The notes below the pieces were generated by a model. It saw only the letters and a list, made by a program, of their open reading frames with translations, had not been told where the DNA came from and made no database searches. Source: Syntrophales bacterium (GTDB taxonomy: Bacteria; Desulfobacterota; Syntrophia; Syntrophales; UBA2210). From it: DNA of 64,000 bases. Numbering within the stretch: position 1 is the first letter of the stretch; every line of letters begins with the position of its first letter. Of this stretch, positions 28,193 to 36,644 are shown piece after piece. The stretch covers positions 6,578 through 70,577 of the forward strand of contig CAXXKT010000002.1 in the NCBI GenBank assembly GCA_963662405.2, in the 5' to 3' direction. The position numbers and the translations under genes were made by a program.

Positions 28193-28739
28193 AAACCGGG
28201 TATACATGGATTCGTGTTGTTTTATTGATATGGCGAAGATGGCAAAAATTACTCATCTCAATAAAAACACACACGATCCAACCGGAAGAACTGAGGATGT
28301 ATGGTACTTGAGGCGTCTGTGTGATGCTGCTAGGGCTGGAGATATCGAGATTATAAGCTCAACGTTGGCAATAGCCGAATGTCTTCATGATGGCAATCGA
28401 GACAAAATAGATGATACAGCAAAGGATTTATTTGAAAAATACCTAACTTCAGGAAGTGTTGTTTTACCTATTGAAGCTGGGTATGATGTGTGTGTTCAAG
28501 CGAGAGATTTATTTTGGAGGCACGGGATTCTTTTGTCGGGTGCAGATCAGGTGCATCTCGCATCAGCAATTGAAACGAATTGCAGGGAGCTCATCACCAC
28601 TGACGAGAAAATACAGACTAGGCAGAAATTTCATGATGCTATTGCGCCAATAGAGAAAATACTTGGAATCACAGTTATTCGCGCTTCGGCTACCACGATA
28701 TTGCCGGGGAAATATAGACAAGTACAAGCAGGCATATGA
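28182..28739 (+). CDS. PIN-domain nuclease
   Basis: METENRVYMDSCCFID (first Asp), LAIAEC (Glu), GADQVHLASAIE (Asp) and LITTDEK (Asp) give the four conserved acidic positions of PIN domains. RBS AAGGA. Confidence 0.7.
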   Translation: METENRVYMDSCCFIDMAKMAKITHLNKNTHDPTGRTEDVWYLRRLCDAARAGDIEIISSTLAIAECLHDGNRDKIDDTAKDLFEKYLTSGSVVLPIEAGYDVCVQARDLFWRHGILLSGADQVHLASAIETNCRELITTDEKIQTRQKFHDAIAPIEKILGITVIRASATTILPGKYRQVQAGI

Positions 28740-28909
28740 ATAAAAGCAAAAAGAATAAAGAAAATAAACCGCTAGAAATTGGTTCGCCAGTAATTGAACG
28801 CGATGAATTTGATGCGTTAATCAAGAAGGTTCTTTCTGTTCCCCCACCCAAGAAATCAGAAAAGAAAAGTAAAAAACAACGTCAAAAGGAGAATAAACAT
28901 GAAGAATGA
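28736..28909 (+). CDS. hypothetical 57-aa lysine-rich protein (below the ORF-track size cut-off)
   Basis: The ATG overlaps the PIN stop (ATGA). Translation: MNKSKKNKENKPLEIGSPVIERDEFDALIKKVLSVPPPKKSEKKSKKQRQKENKHEE. Its stop overlaps the next gene's start. Confidence 0.4.
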   Translation: MNKSKKNKENKPLEIGSPVIERDEFDALIKKVLSVPPPKKSEKKSKKQRQKENKHEE

Positions 28910-29144
28910 AAAACAGACTTCAGAAGAAGTTGCAAAACTTGCAGCGCAAACACTCCAAGACGATAATTCTTCCGCTACCGCTAAAAAGTTAGCTGCTTCT
29001 GTACTGTCACAATCGGGTACTGGAAAACAAACAGGCGCAGAGATAGAAGACCTTGCATCAAAGGTATTACAGAGCGATAAATATAGTGACGACACAAAGT
29101 CACTTGCTGGATCAGCACTTTCACAATCCAACAAAGATAGGTAG
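28899..29144 (+). CDS. hypothetical 81-aa protein with four internal LA-x-x-x-LQ/LSQS repeats
   Basis: Repeats VAKLAAQTLQD / AKKLAASVLSQS / EDLASKVLQSD / KSLAGSALSQS. RBS AAGGAGAA; translationally coupled to the upstream ORF. Confidence 0.5.
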   Translation: MKNEKQTSEEVAKLAAQTLQDDNSSATAKKLAASVLSQSGTGKQTGAEIEDLASKVLQSDKYSDDTKSLAGSALSQSNKDR

Positions 29145-29147
29145 CGA

Positions 29148-29414
29148 CTATCCTTTCTCTATAAGATCTGTAATTTTCTTTACGCTACAAGTTGGTATAT
29201 GAATAATACCTGATGCTTGGATATTGGTTTCTGATGATATATCACCCATGTTCGGAGCAATGGCCTTTACATCTTTACCGTCATAAATCATGAATCCAAC
29301 AGAAACACACGATATTGGATCGCTCTTATGATAGTCACTGAGGTGTTGCCACTCTGGGTATGGCCTCACACTATCAAACCATTCAATCATTACCATTCTA
29401 ACTTTTTTCTTCAT
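29148..29414 (-). CDS. hypothetical protein
   Basis: 88 aa, convergent with the PIN operon (3-nt gap between stops). No motif recognised. Confidence 0.4.
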   Translation of the reverse strand: MKKKVRMVMIEWFDSVRPYPEWQHLSDYHKSDPISCVSVGFMIYDGKDVKAIAPNMGDISSETNIQASGIIHIPTCSVKKITDLIEKG

Positions 29415-29509
29415 ATTTATATTGGGTTTCTAAAGTATATAATCGCCTTGTTTTTTTCAAGCGAGTTGATTCGGCATCAGAAGCAGACCCCGGGCCTCAA
29501 CTAAAAAAA

Positions 29510-31678
29510 GTGATTGATTTTAAAAAACGATTAGAAGATACGAGGCAGATTATTTATCGCTATTTCGACGATAAATCTGGTTTTGTCAAAGAGGTGGATA
29601 GCCATCTTCGTGCTTACGTAAAAGGAGATTTACCTAAAACGCCGTCAAGCAAAGATATAATTGTATTACCCACGGCTGCGATTGAAGAGATTGAAAAAGC
29701 TAAAACCTATGCTGAACAGAAAGCTTTAGAGGCAGAACAAGCTCATGATAATGCAGAAAAAACGCGTATTAAATTAGAGAAAATGCAATTACAAACTGCA
29801 AAGGATGCGGCGGAATTATCAAAAGAGGGGAAAATAGAATATGCACGGGAGAAATTTTCAGAGCTTTTAATAGAGTCAGTTGATTTGAGGATTTTATCTC
29901 TTGCATATGAGTTCTTCAATTGTACAGGTGATTTGGATTCAGCATTTGAAGCTTCGAGAAAGTGGTTAAGCATAAGTGGTCCTGATCAGAAATCCGCTGC
30001 TACAGCAAGTGCCTATGGCAATCTCGGAGTTCTGTATAAGACGCGAGGCGATTTTGAGCGCGCAGAAGAAATGTACCAAAAGTCATTGGTTATCGATGAG
30101 GCACTTGATCGTAAAGAAGGCGTGGCAATCACCTATGGCAACCTCGGTGTCCTGTATCAGATACGAGGTGACCTTGAGCGCGCAGAAGAAATGTACCAAA
30201 AGTCATTGACTATCAATGAGGAGATTGGTCGTAAAGAGGGTATGGCAAATGCCTATGGGAACCTTGGAGTTCTGTATAAGATGCGAGGCGATATTCAGAA
30301 GTCCGAAGAAATGTATCATAAGTCATTGGCTATCGATGAGAAGATTGGTCGCAAAGAGGGTATGGCAAATGCCTATGGGAATCTCGGGATTTTGTATCAG
30401 ATACGAGGTGACCTAGAGCACGCCGAAGAAATGTTTCAAAAGGCATTGACCATCAATGAAACGCTTGGTCGCAAAGAGGGTATGGCAAATAACTATTCTA
30501 GCCTCGGAATCCTCTATATAACGCGAGGTGACATCGAGAGATCCGAAGAAATGCACCAAAAGGCATTGGCCATAGATGACGCGCTCGGTAGCAAAGCCGG
30601 TATGGCAAATGAATATGGCAACCTCGGAATCTTGTATATGAAACGAGGCGATCTTGCGCGAGCCGAAGAAATGCACCAAAGAGCATTGGCCATCAATGAG
30701 GCTCTTGGTCGCAAAGAAGGTATGGCAAATGCCTATGGCAACCTCGGAATCCTGTATAAGACGCGAGGCGACCTTGCGCGAGCCGAAGAAATGTTTCAAA
30801 AGGCATTGACCATCAATGAAACGCTTGGTCGCAAAGAAGGTATGGCAAATGACTATTCAAACCTCGGGATCCTGTATAAGACGCGAGGGAACCTAGAGCA
30901 CGCCGAAGAAATGTACCAAAAGGCATTGACCATATCTGAGGCACTTGGCAGCAAAGAGGGTATGGCAATTGACTATAGCAACCTCGGGATCCTGTATAAG
31001 ACGCGAGGCGACCTAGACCGCGCAGAAGAAATGTACCAAAAAGCATTGGCCATCGATGAAGCGCTTGGTCGTAAAGAGGGCATGGCAAATGAATATGGCA
31101 ATCTCGGGATACTGTATATGGATCGGGGCGACTTAGAACGCGCCGAAGAAATGTACCAAAAGTCATTGGCTATCAATGAGGAGATTGGTCGCAAGGAGGG
31201 TATAGCAAATGCCTATGGAAACCTCGGAATTCTGTATCAGAGGCGAGGTGATCTAGAGCACGCCGAAGAAGTGTTCCAAAAGTCATTGGCTATCAATGAG
31301 GAGATTGGTCGCAAGGAGGGTATAGCAAATGCCTATGGGAACCTCGGGATACTGTATCAGATGCGAGGGAACCTAGAGCACGCCGAAGAAATGCACCAAA
31401 AGTCATTGGCTATCAATGAGGAGATTGGTCGCAAAGAGGGTATGGCAATTGGCTATAGCAACCTCGGGATCCTGTATAAGATGCGAGGGAACCTAGAGCA
31501 CGCCGAAGAAATGTTCCAAAAGTCATTGACTATCAATGAGGAGATTGGTCACAAAGAGGGCATGGCAATTGGCTATAGTAACCTCGGGATCCTGTATAAG
31601 ACACTAGGCGATCTTGAGCGCGCTGAAGAAATGCACCAAAGGTCATCACATCTTTTTACTGAATTGAAAAAATCATAG
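29510..31678 (+). CDS. tetratricopeptide-repeat protein (14 tandem 40-aa TPR_10/12-like units) with unique ~165-aa N-terminal region
   Basis: 722 aa, with the unit xYGNLGILYxxRGDLExAEEMxQKxLAINEExGRKEGMAN repeated 14 times. GTG start as given by the track, and no strong RBS, so the start is uncertain. Confidence 0.8.
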   Translation: MIDFKKRLEDTRQIIYRYFDDKSGFVKEVDSHLRAYVKGDLPKTPSSKDIIVLPTAAIEEIEKAKTYAEQKALEAEQAHDNAEKTRIKLEKMQLQTAKDAAELSKEGKIEYAREKFSELLIESVDLRILSLAYEFFNCTGDLDSAFEASRKWLSISGPDQKSAATASAYGNLGVLYKTRGDFERAEEMYQKSLVIDEALDRKEGVAITYGNLGVLYQIRGDLERAEEMYQKSLTINEEIGRKEGMANAYGNLGVLYKMRGDIQKSEEMYHKSLAIDEKIGRKEGMANAYGNLGILYQIRGDLEHAEEMFQKALTINETLGRKEGMANNYSSLGILYITRGDIERSEEMHQKALAIDDALGSKAGMANEYGNLGILYMKRGDLARAEEMHQRALAINEALGRKEGMANAYGNLGILYKTRGDLARAEEMFQKALTINETLGRKEGMANDYSNLGILYKTRGNLEHAEEMYQKALTISEALGSKEGMAIDYSNLGILYKTRGDLDRAEEMYQKALAIDEALGRKEGMANEYGNLGILYMDRGDLERAEEMYQKSLAINEEIGRKEGIANAYGNLGILYQRRGDLEHAEEVFQKSLAINEEIGRKEGIANAYGNLGILYQMRGNLEHAEEMHQKSLAINEEIGRKEGMAIGYSNLGILYKMRGNLEHAEEMFQKSLTINEEIGHKEGMAIGYSNLGILYKTLGDLERAEEMHQRSSHLFTELKKS
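30011..31675 (+). repeat. tandem 120-bp coding repeat array (about 13.9 units)
   Basis: The period is exactly 120 bp (unit starts 30011, 30131 ... 31571). Several non-adjacent units are nearly identical at the DNA level, e.g. 30421-30490 vs 30781-30850 and 31141-31215 vs 31261-31335. Confidence 0.9.
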
Positions 31679-31748
31679 CACTAAAAGAACATACATTTAG
31701 ACATTGTTCTATTTCAGACAAAAGATGTCAGCACCCTGCCAAGTATAA

Positions 31749-31769
31749 AGTGGTGCAAAAGTGGTGCAA
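31749..31769 (+). repeat. two tandem AGTGGTGCAA motifs (candidate integrase arm-type sites)
   Basis: AGTGGTGCAA-A-AGTGGTGCAA, 45-65 bp left of att copy 3. The same 10-mer occurs at 22071-22080. Confidence 0.5.
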
Positions 31770-31814
31770 CCACCTTGTAAGTAGTTGATATTATTGGCTG
31801 TCGTCAGGTTCAAA

Positions 31815-31844
31815 TCCTGCCGCCCCGACCATTTTTATATTGTA
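31815..31844. repeat. att repeat copy 3 (last 30 bp of the tRNA-Pro locus; degenerate further 5')
   Basis: CAGGTTCAAATCCTGCCGCCCCGACCATTT is identical to the tRNA end. 31801-31814 (GGCTGTCGT) resembles GGATGTCG with one mismatch and one insertion. The 3' flank TTATATT is shared with copy 2. Confidence 0.85.
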
Positions 31845-31968
31845 CAATCTTTATTTGTCATTATCTTCTCCAATTTATCCCTTCCCTTTTTTTCAACAAT
31901 CCACGAAACAGTCTCTCTCTATTGGTCTGTCTCGATTGGTATGGCCATGCGATACTTACTTTGTTATA

Positions 31969-33672
31969 ATGTCAGGAAAACCCGGTACGGGAGCTTCCAT
32001 GACCAATTACTTCAAGCAGGCTGCAGAGAAGATCTATTGTGACGCGAAGAACTCCGGGCGGTTGATCGAAGGGCGATCGCTCGAACAGCTCAAGGAAATC
32101 GCCGTGCGGCAGGACGGCGTGATCCAGACGAATCTGGGTTCCGTCGCCGCGGATTCCGAGCCCATGTCCCGCTCGGCGCCTCATACGAAAAACAGTGTCG
32201 ATGAGCCCTTTGGTGACGAAGAGACGGCCCTCGCCGCGGAGGCTGTCGAGTATCTCGGGAGGGAAACGATCCTTTCTCTCGATACGATCGTCGGCGACGG
32301 GAAGGACGGTGTCACGGCGCGGTTCATCATGCCGGTTGAACACGCACAGATCGCCTACGGGGTGAAACTCCTCTTCGAAGACACACCGGCCTCCCGGGTG
32401 GTGGAAAAACCGACCTATACGATCATCTTCTTTACCGATGAGTTCTTCGAACCCAATAAATTCAAGAAACTGATCGACAAGAATGTCTCGGTTCGTCTCT
32501 GGATGGGGGACAGGCGCGGGGAGCAGGTCAAGATCTGCCGTAACAGCACCTACGTGGGTGAGGCGAAGAAAGGTGTCTTTCAATTCGAAGGCTGGCGTGT
32601 AAAGAAGATCGATCAGAAGGGGATATTTCTTCATTGCGGGGCACGGCGCGATTATCTCTGGGTGTACGATCTCGAGACGGAGCGGCCGGAGCTGCAGGAA
32701 CTCGTCACGGGCATCTCCGGTCTCACGGCGACGGGGAAGACAACGACCCTCTGCCGGAAACTGGCGAAGCTGCCCCGCGAGTCGTCCGAAATGATCGGTG
32801 ACGACGGGGGAATCATAGGGATGGATGGAAGTTACGCGGCATTCGAACAGGGCGGGATCTATATCAAAACGGAAGGCCTTGACGAGAGCCAGCCGGAGAT
32901 CCTCCGCGCCGTTCTCGGGGAAGATGTATTTCTCGAGAATGTGGCCATCTCCCGCTATCCCTATACCCCCGATTTCAAAGACACCGGCAAAACGGGGAAC
33001 GGCCGCGCCGTCGTCAGGCGGGACCGTCTGGGGATCGCCAGTCAAAGCCTCCGGGCCGACCGTCTCGATTATATCATCATGCTGACACGAAACCCCCTTG
33101 CCAATGTCATTTCGCGTCTGTCACCCGAACAGGCCACGATGCAGTTTATCTACGGAGAATCGATCGAGAGCTCGGGGGGAAATCCCGAAGAGGCCGGGAA
33201 ATTCAAGCGTGTCGTCTTCCTTGATCCCTTTCTGGTGGGCGATCGCCTGGAACACGCGTTGCTCTTTTATGAGATCATCAAGAAAAACCGCATCAAATGC
33301 TACCTGGCCAATACCGGAACCATCGGCGAGAACGATCTGAAGGTGTCACTGCGCCAGTCACTCGCCTCGTACAGCGACATACTGCGCGTTCAAATCCGGT
33401 TCGGGTCCGAGCCGGATCACCTGGGATACCACAATCCGATCAAGAGTGACCGGGCGAACATGGACCTGATGAACGCCTATCCCCGGTTTCAGGACAAGGG
33501 ACTCCTCAAGCAAAAAGTGGCGGATTTCTTCAGGGGACGCCGGGCCTTTCTGGAGGATTTCGAATCGAAATGGGGCCCGATCCCGGAGCCGATCCGGGAA
33601 TCACTCCCGTACCTTGACGATCATGTCGATTTTACTTACCTGGAAAAGGAATATCTCGGCTATATCGAGTGA
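31969..33672 (+). CDS. phosphoenolpyruvate carboxykinase (ATP)-like protein
   Basis: Start moved to ATG 31969 (MSGKPGTG...); the track ORF start at 31840 reads out of the att repeat. The kinase P-loop ISGLTATGKTTT and the overall length fit ATP-type PEPCK, although the sequence is divergent. Confidence 0.6.
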   Translation: MSGKPGTGASMTNYFKQAAEKIYCDAKNSGRLIEGRSLEQLKEIAVRQDGVIQTNLGSVAADSEPMSRSAPHTKNSVDEPFGDEETALAAEAVEYLGRETILSLDTIVGDGKDGVTARFIMPVEHAQIAYGVKLLFEDTPASRVVEKPTYTIIFFTDEFFEPNKFKKLIDKNVSVRLWMGDRRGEQVKICRNSTYVGEAKKGVFQFEGWRVKKIDQKGIFLHCGARRDYLWVYDLETERPELQELVTGISGLTATGKTTTLCRKLAKLPRESSEMIGDDGGIIGMDGSYAAFEQGGIYIKTEGLDESQPEILRAVLGEDVFLENVAISRYPYTPDFKDTGKTGNGRAVVRRDRLGIASQSLRADRLDYIIMLTRNPLANVISRLSPEQATMQFIYGESIESSGGNPEEAGKFKRVVFLDPFLVGDRLEHALLFYEIIKKNRIKCYLANTGTIGENDLKVSLRQSLASYSDILRVQIRFGSEPDHLGYHNPIKSDRANMDLMNAYPRFQDKGLLKQKVADFFRGRRAFLEDFESKWGPIPEPIRESLPYLDDHVDFTYLEKEYLGYIE

Positions 33673-33725
33673 TGCTCAAACGAAAGATGATCTCCTTCCA
33701 AACCGGATGACCGGCGCGGGAAGCC

Positions 33726-34796
33726 CTACAGCCATTTTTTCCTTTTAAAGAAGCCGAGCAAACCCACTGCAACGGCGATCATCGCGACCCAGAGCACCGG
33801 ATAGGCCCAACGTACCTTCAGTTCCGGCATAAACTCGAAGTTCATACCGTAGATCCCGGCCATGAATGTCAGGGGGATAAAGATGGACGCGAAGATGGTC
33901 AGCACCTTCATCACCTCGTTCATCTTGTTGCTCACGCTCGAGAGATAGAGATCGATCATCCCGGAAAGGATATCCTGGTAGGTCTCCACGGAATCGATTA
34001 CCTGGATTGTATGGTCGTAGAGATCGCGAAGATATGGGGAGATATCGGCGCTGATCAGTGCCGATTCGGCCCTCTCCAGACCGCTGATGACTTCCCTGAG
34101 CGGCCAGACAGATTTACGCAGAAAGATGATTTCCTGCTTGAGGTTATGGATATCCTGGAGGGTCTGAGGTTGTGGGTTTTGTGATAATTCCTCTTCCAGC
34201 GCTTCAATCCGTTCACCGCATTTCTCCAGGAGGATGAAATAGTGGTCGACGATGGAGTCGATGAGGGCATAGGCGAGGTAATCCGCCCCCATGCGTCTCA
34301 CTCTGCCCTTACCGTTCCGTATCCTTTCACGCAGGGGATTGAAGACGTCCCCGGGGGCCTCCTGGAAGGAGATAACGAAGTGTTGCCCCAGTATGATGCT
34401 GATCTGCTCGGTTCGGACCGTATCCGCATCATCATCGTAACGAAGCATCTTTAAGATAACGAGGACGTAAGAATCGGCATCTTCCATCTTCGGGCGCTGT
34501 CCCGTGTGGAGGATATCCTCCTGGATCAGGGGATGGACCCCGAACTGTTCCCCGATCTTTTCGATGATCGACACGTCGTGTAGACCGTTGACATTGATCC
34601 ATGTCACCCTAGAGGTCTCTTTAAAGGAAAAAGTCTGCTCGACCTCTGCAACCTGCTGTTCATGAAAGATGGTCTGATCATAGTCCATCACGGTGATGGT
34701 TACCGTCTCGGTCTTCCTTTCTCCGATGTGAACGAGAGAACCCGGAGAGAGCCCCACCTTGGAAGATGCTCGTTTGAATAATTTCGGCATGGTCAT
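33726..34796 (-). CDS. corA: magnesium/cobalt transporter CorA
   Basis: 356 aa with two C-terminal TM helices and the GMNFEFMPE signature. Confidence 0.9.
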   Translation of the reverse strand: MTMPKLFKRASSKVGLSPGSLVHIGERKTETVTITVMDYDQTIFHEQQVAEVEQTFSFKETSRVTWINVNGLHDVSIIEKIGEQFGVHPLIQEDILHTGQRPKMEDADSYVLVILKMLRYDDDADTVRTEQISIILGQHFVISFQEAPGDVFNPLRERIRNGKGRVRRMGADYLAYALIDSIVDHYFILLEKCGERIEALEEELSQNPQPQTLQDIHNLKQEIIFLRKSVWPLREVISGLERAESALISADISPYLRDLYDHTIQVIDSVETYQDILSGMIDLYLSSVSNKMNEVMKVLTIFASIFIPLTFMAGIYGMNFEFMPELKVRWAYPVLWVAMIAVAVGLLGFFKRKKWL

Positions 34797-34799
34797 CCG

Positions 34800-36428
34800 T
34801 TACCCTTTGTCCTCTTGCCCTGTCCGTTTCAGATCGTCGAGACCGGAAAGGGTTATGTTCAGTGGTCTCCGATCGTCCTGTGCCAGATAGGTAGTGGTGG
34901 TCGGGAAGGCGAACTCGATTCCTTCCGCTTCGAATGCGCGCATGATCCGAAAGTTGACCTTTTCGTTGAAACGTATGGCCTCCCAGAAATCAGGCGGATG
35001 GAACCAGTACCACACGGCTATATTCAAAGAGGCGTCATTGAATTCGTTAAAAAACACCTGTGGTGGATAATCAGGGTGCATCCCTTCATGATCTTTCAAG
35101 ATATCCTTGATGATAGAAACGGCACGTTCAACCTTTTCCACCGGTGTGTCGTAGGTAATGGTGATATTCGTCTGACGTCGGACACTGGGGCGCATGCCGA
35201 TATTTTCGATGTTGGAACTTGCCATCTTTTCGTTGGGTATGGAGACCACGTGACCGGGGAAGGTCCGCAGTCGGGTGCTTCGAAACCCGATTTCCTCGAC
35301 ATACCCATCGAAACTATCCACGACGACCCGGTCCCCGATCCTGAAGGGCTTGTCCACCATGATCATGAAGCTGCCAAAGAGATTCTTCAGGGTATCCTGG
35401 GCGGCCAGGGCAACTGCCAGACCGCCGATACCCAGACCGGCGAGGAGGGTCGTCATCGGTTTTCCCGTCGCAGCCTTGAGGAGGTAGATCGAGCCGAACA
35501 GAATAACCAGGACCTTCGCGACGATGCGGACCATCTGGACGAAGTTCATGTCGAACTCGTTGTCGTCTCTCTTGACGAACCGGGTCAGTTCGTATTCGAT
35601 CACCGCCAGGATTTGGTAGAAAAAGGTGACAACCACCAGGGTCCCGACGACGTTGGTCATTATCTCTATTACCCGGTCGGTCGAGGCAGGGAGCTTGAGG
35701 ATTTCCTGCGTTGCGTAAATGGCGATGGCGAGAAGGAGCAGGCGAATGGGCCAGAGGGCCGCCTTGAGGAGGAGATGCAGACGGATCTTCTCCTCATCGT
35801 CCCTCAGGGCAACGGTTAGGGTGCTCAGGAAGGTGGTCAGGAACCTTCCTCCCACATAAAGGATCGCATATACAAGAAAGAGCGTTACATACAGCCACCA
35901 GGAAGATCTCCAGAGCCACGGCGGAAAGAGATCCCGCTGGGTATACGAAAAAACGATGACTACGGAGACAATCGTAGCGATCCTCAGGACTCCCCTGAAG
36001 CGTGTGAGGAAAGGTTCCGCAGTCTCCCTTGCCTGAGTTTCCGTGGGGAGAAGGTCTAAAAATCGTACGAGTTGAAAGATGAAAAGGATGCAGGCAATAG
36101 CAAAGAGAAAGGCCTCAAGTCCGTGGAGGAGAATAAGCAATTTGGGGGGGATTACCAGGGGGATCTCGGTAGCTCTCAGGAGCAGAGCGGCGACGGCGAG
36201 ACGAAATGAGGGGACCAGGCCGGAAAGATAAGGGAGCCATGCCTTCACCCGTTTTACTTCCAGGATCACCTGAATCCGCCTGTTGAAATGGCGCCAGAGG
36301 AGCTCCAGCAAAAAAAATCCGAAGACCAGAATAGCGAGCGATATAAAGAACTGCCACGGAGCATTGCCGCTGCGTACCTTATCGAGAAGAGGAATAATCC
36401 CCTGAAAAAAATCGTTGAAACGGTCCAT
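34800..36428 (-). CDS. mechanosensitive ion channel (MscS family, multi-TM N-terminal extension)
   Basis: 542 aa. The MscS core is FMIMVDKPFRIGDRVVVDSFDGYVEEIGFRSTRLRTFPGHVVSIPNEKM. Confidence 0.85.
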   Translation of the reverse strand: MDRFNDFFQGIIPLLDKVRSGNAPWQFFISLAILVFGFFLLELLWRHFNRRIQVILEVKRVKAWLPYLSGLVPSFRLAVAALLLRATEIPLVIPPKLLILLHGLEAFLFAIACILFIFQLVRFLDLLPTETQARETAEPFLTRFRGVLRIATIVSVVIVFSYTQRDLFPPWLWRSSWWLYVTLFLVYAILYVGGRFLTTFLSTLTVALRDDEEKIRLHLLLKAALWPIRLLLLAIAIYATQEILKLPASTDRVIEIMTNVVGTLVVVTFFYQILAVIEYELTRFVKRDDNEFDMNFVQMVRIVAKVLVILFGSIYLLKAATGKPMTTLLAGLGIGGLAVALAAQDTLKNLFGSFMIMVDKPFRIGDRVVVDSFDGYVEEIGFRSTRLRTFPGHVVSIPNEKMASSNIENIGMRPSVRRQTNITITYDTPVEKVERAVSIIKDILKDHEGMHPDYPPQVFFNEFNDASLNIAVWYWFHPPDFWEAIRFNEKVNFRIMRAFEAEGIEFAFPTTTTYLAQDDRRPLNITLSGLDDLKRTGQEDKG

Positions 36429-36644
36429 AGTCTCCCTCCTCTAAGAAACCCCGTTACTATAGCAGATATTATGAGTTTGAAACACAAGGAAACTCTAAAA
36501 TTTTATCTGGTGGTGTGGTAATGAGAAAGGGAGGATACGAAGGATGAGGAGATGACGGTGCTTCAACAAAAGAGTGTCGCAAGACAGGGCTCGATAGGAC
36601 GGAATCCCGTAGCTGCCCACCTGTCGAATGATTCTCCGATATCA

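Larger units (their letters stand above)
22025..31814. mobile_element. integrated element 2: integrase + rolling-circle Rep module + accessory (defence-like) cargo
   Basis: Bounded by att copies 2 and 3. The integrase 3' end abuts the att copy. AGTGGTGCAA arm-type repeats lie near both ends. The sequence is AT-rich. Confidence 0.8.

Noticed and set aside
30011-31675. Regularly spaced 120-bp DNA repeats as a possible CRISPR array
   Set aside because: There are no unique spacers between the repeats. The units are contiguous, in frame and encode a canonical TPR consensus. No cas genes are in the window.
31840-31968. A 43-codon N-terminal extension of the PEPCK-like ORF starting at 31840
   Set aside because: The extension starts inside the att repeat and its flank and translates to low-complexity sequence (MYNLYLSLSSPIYPFPFF...). 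The internal ATG at 31969 is a more plausible start.
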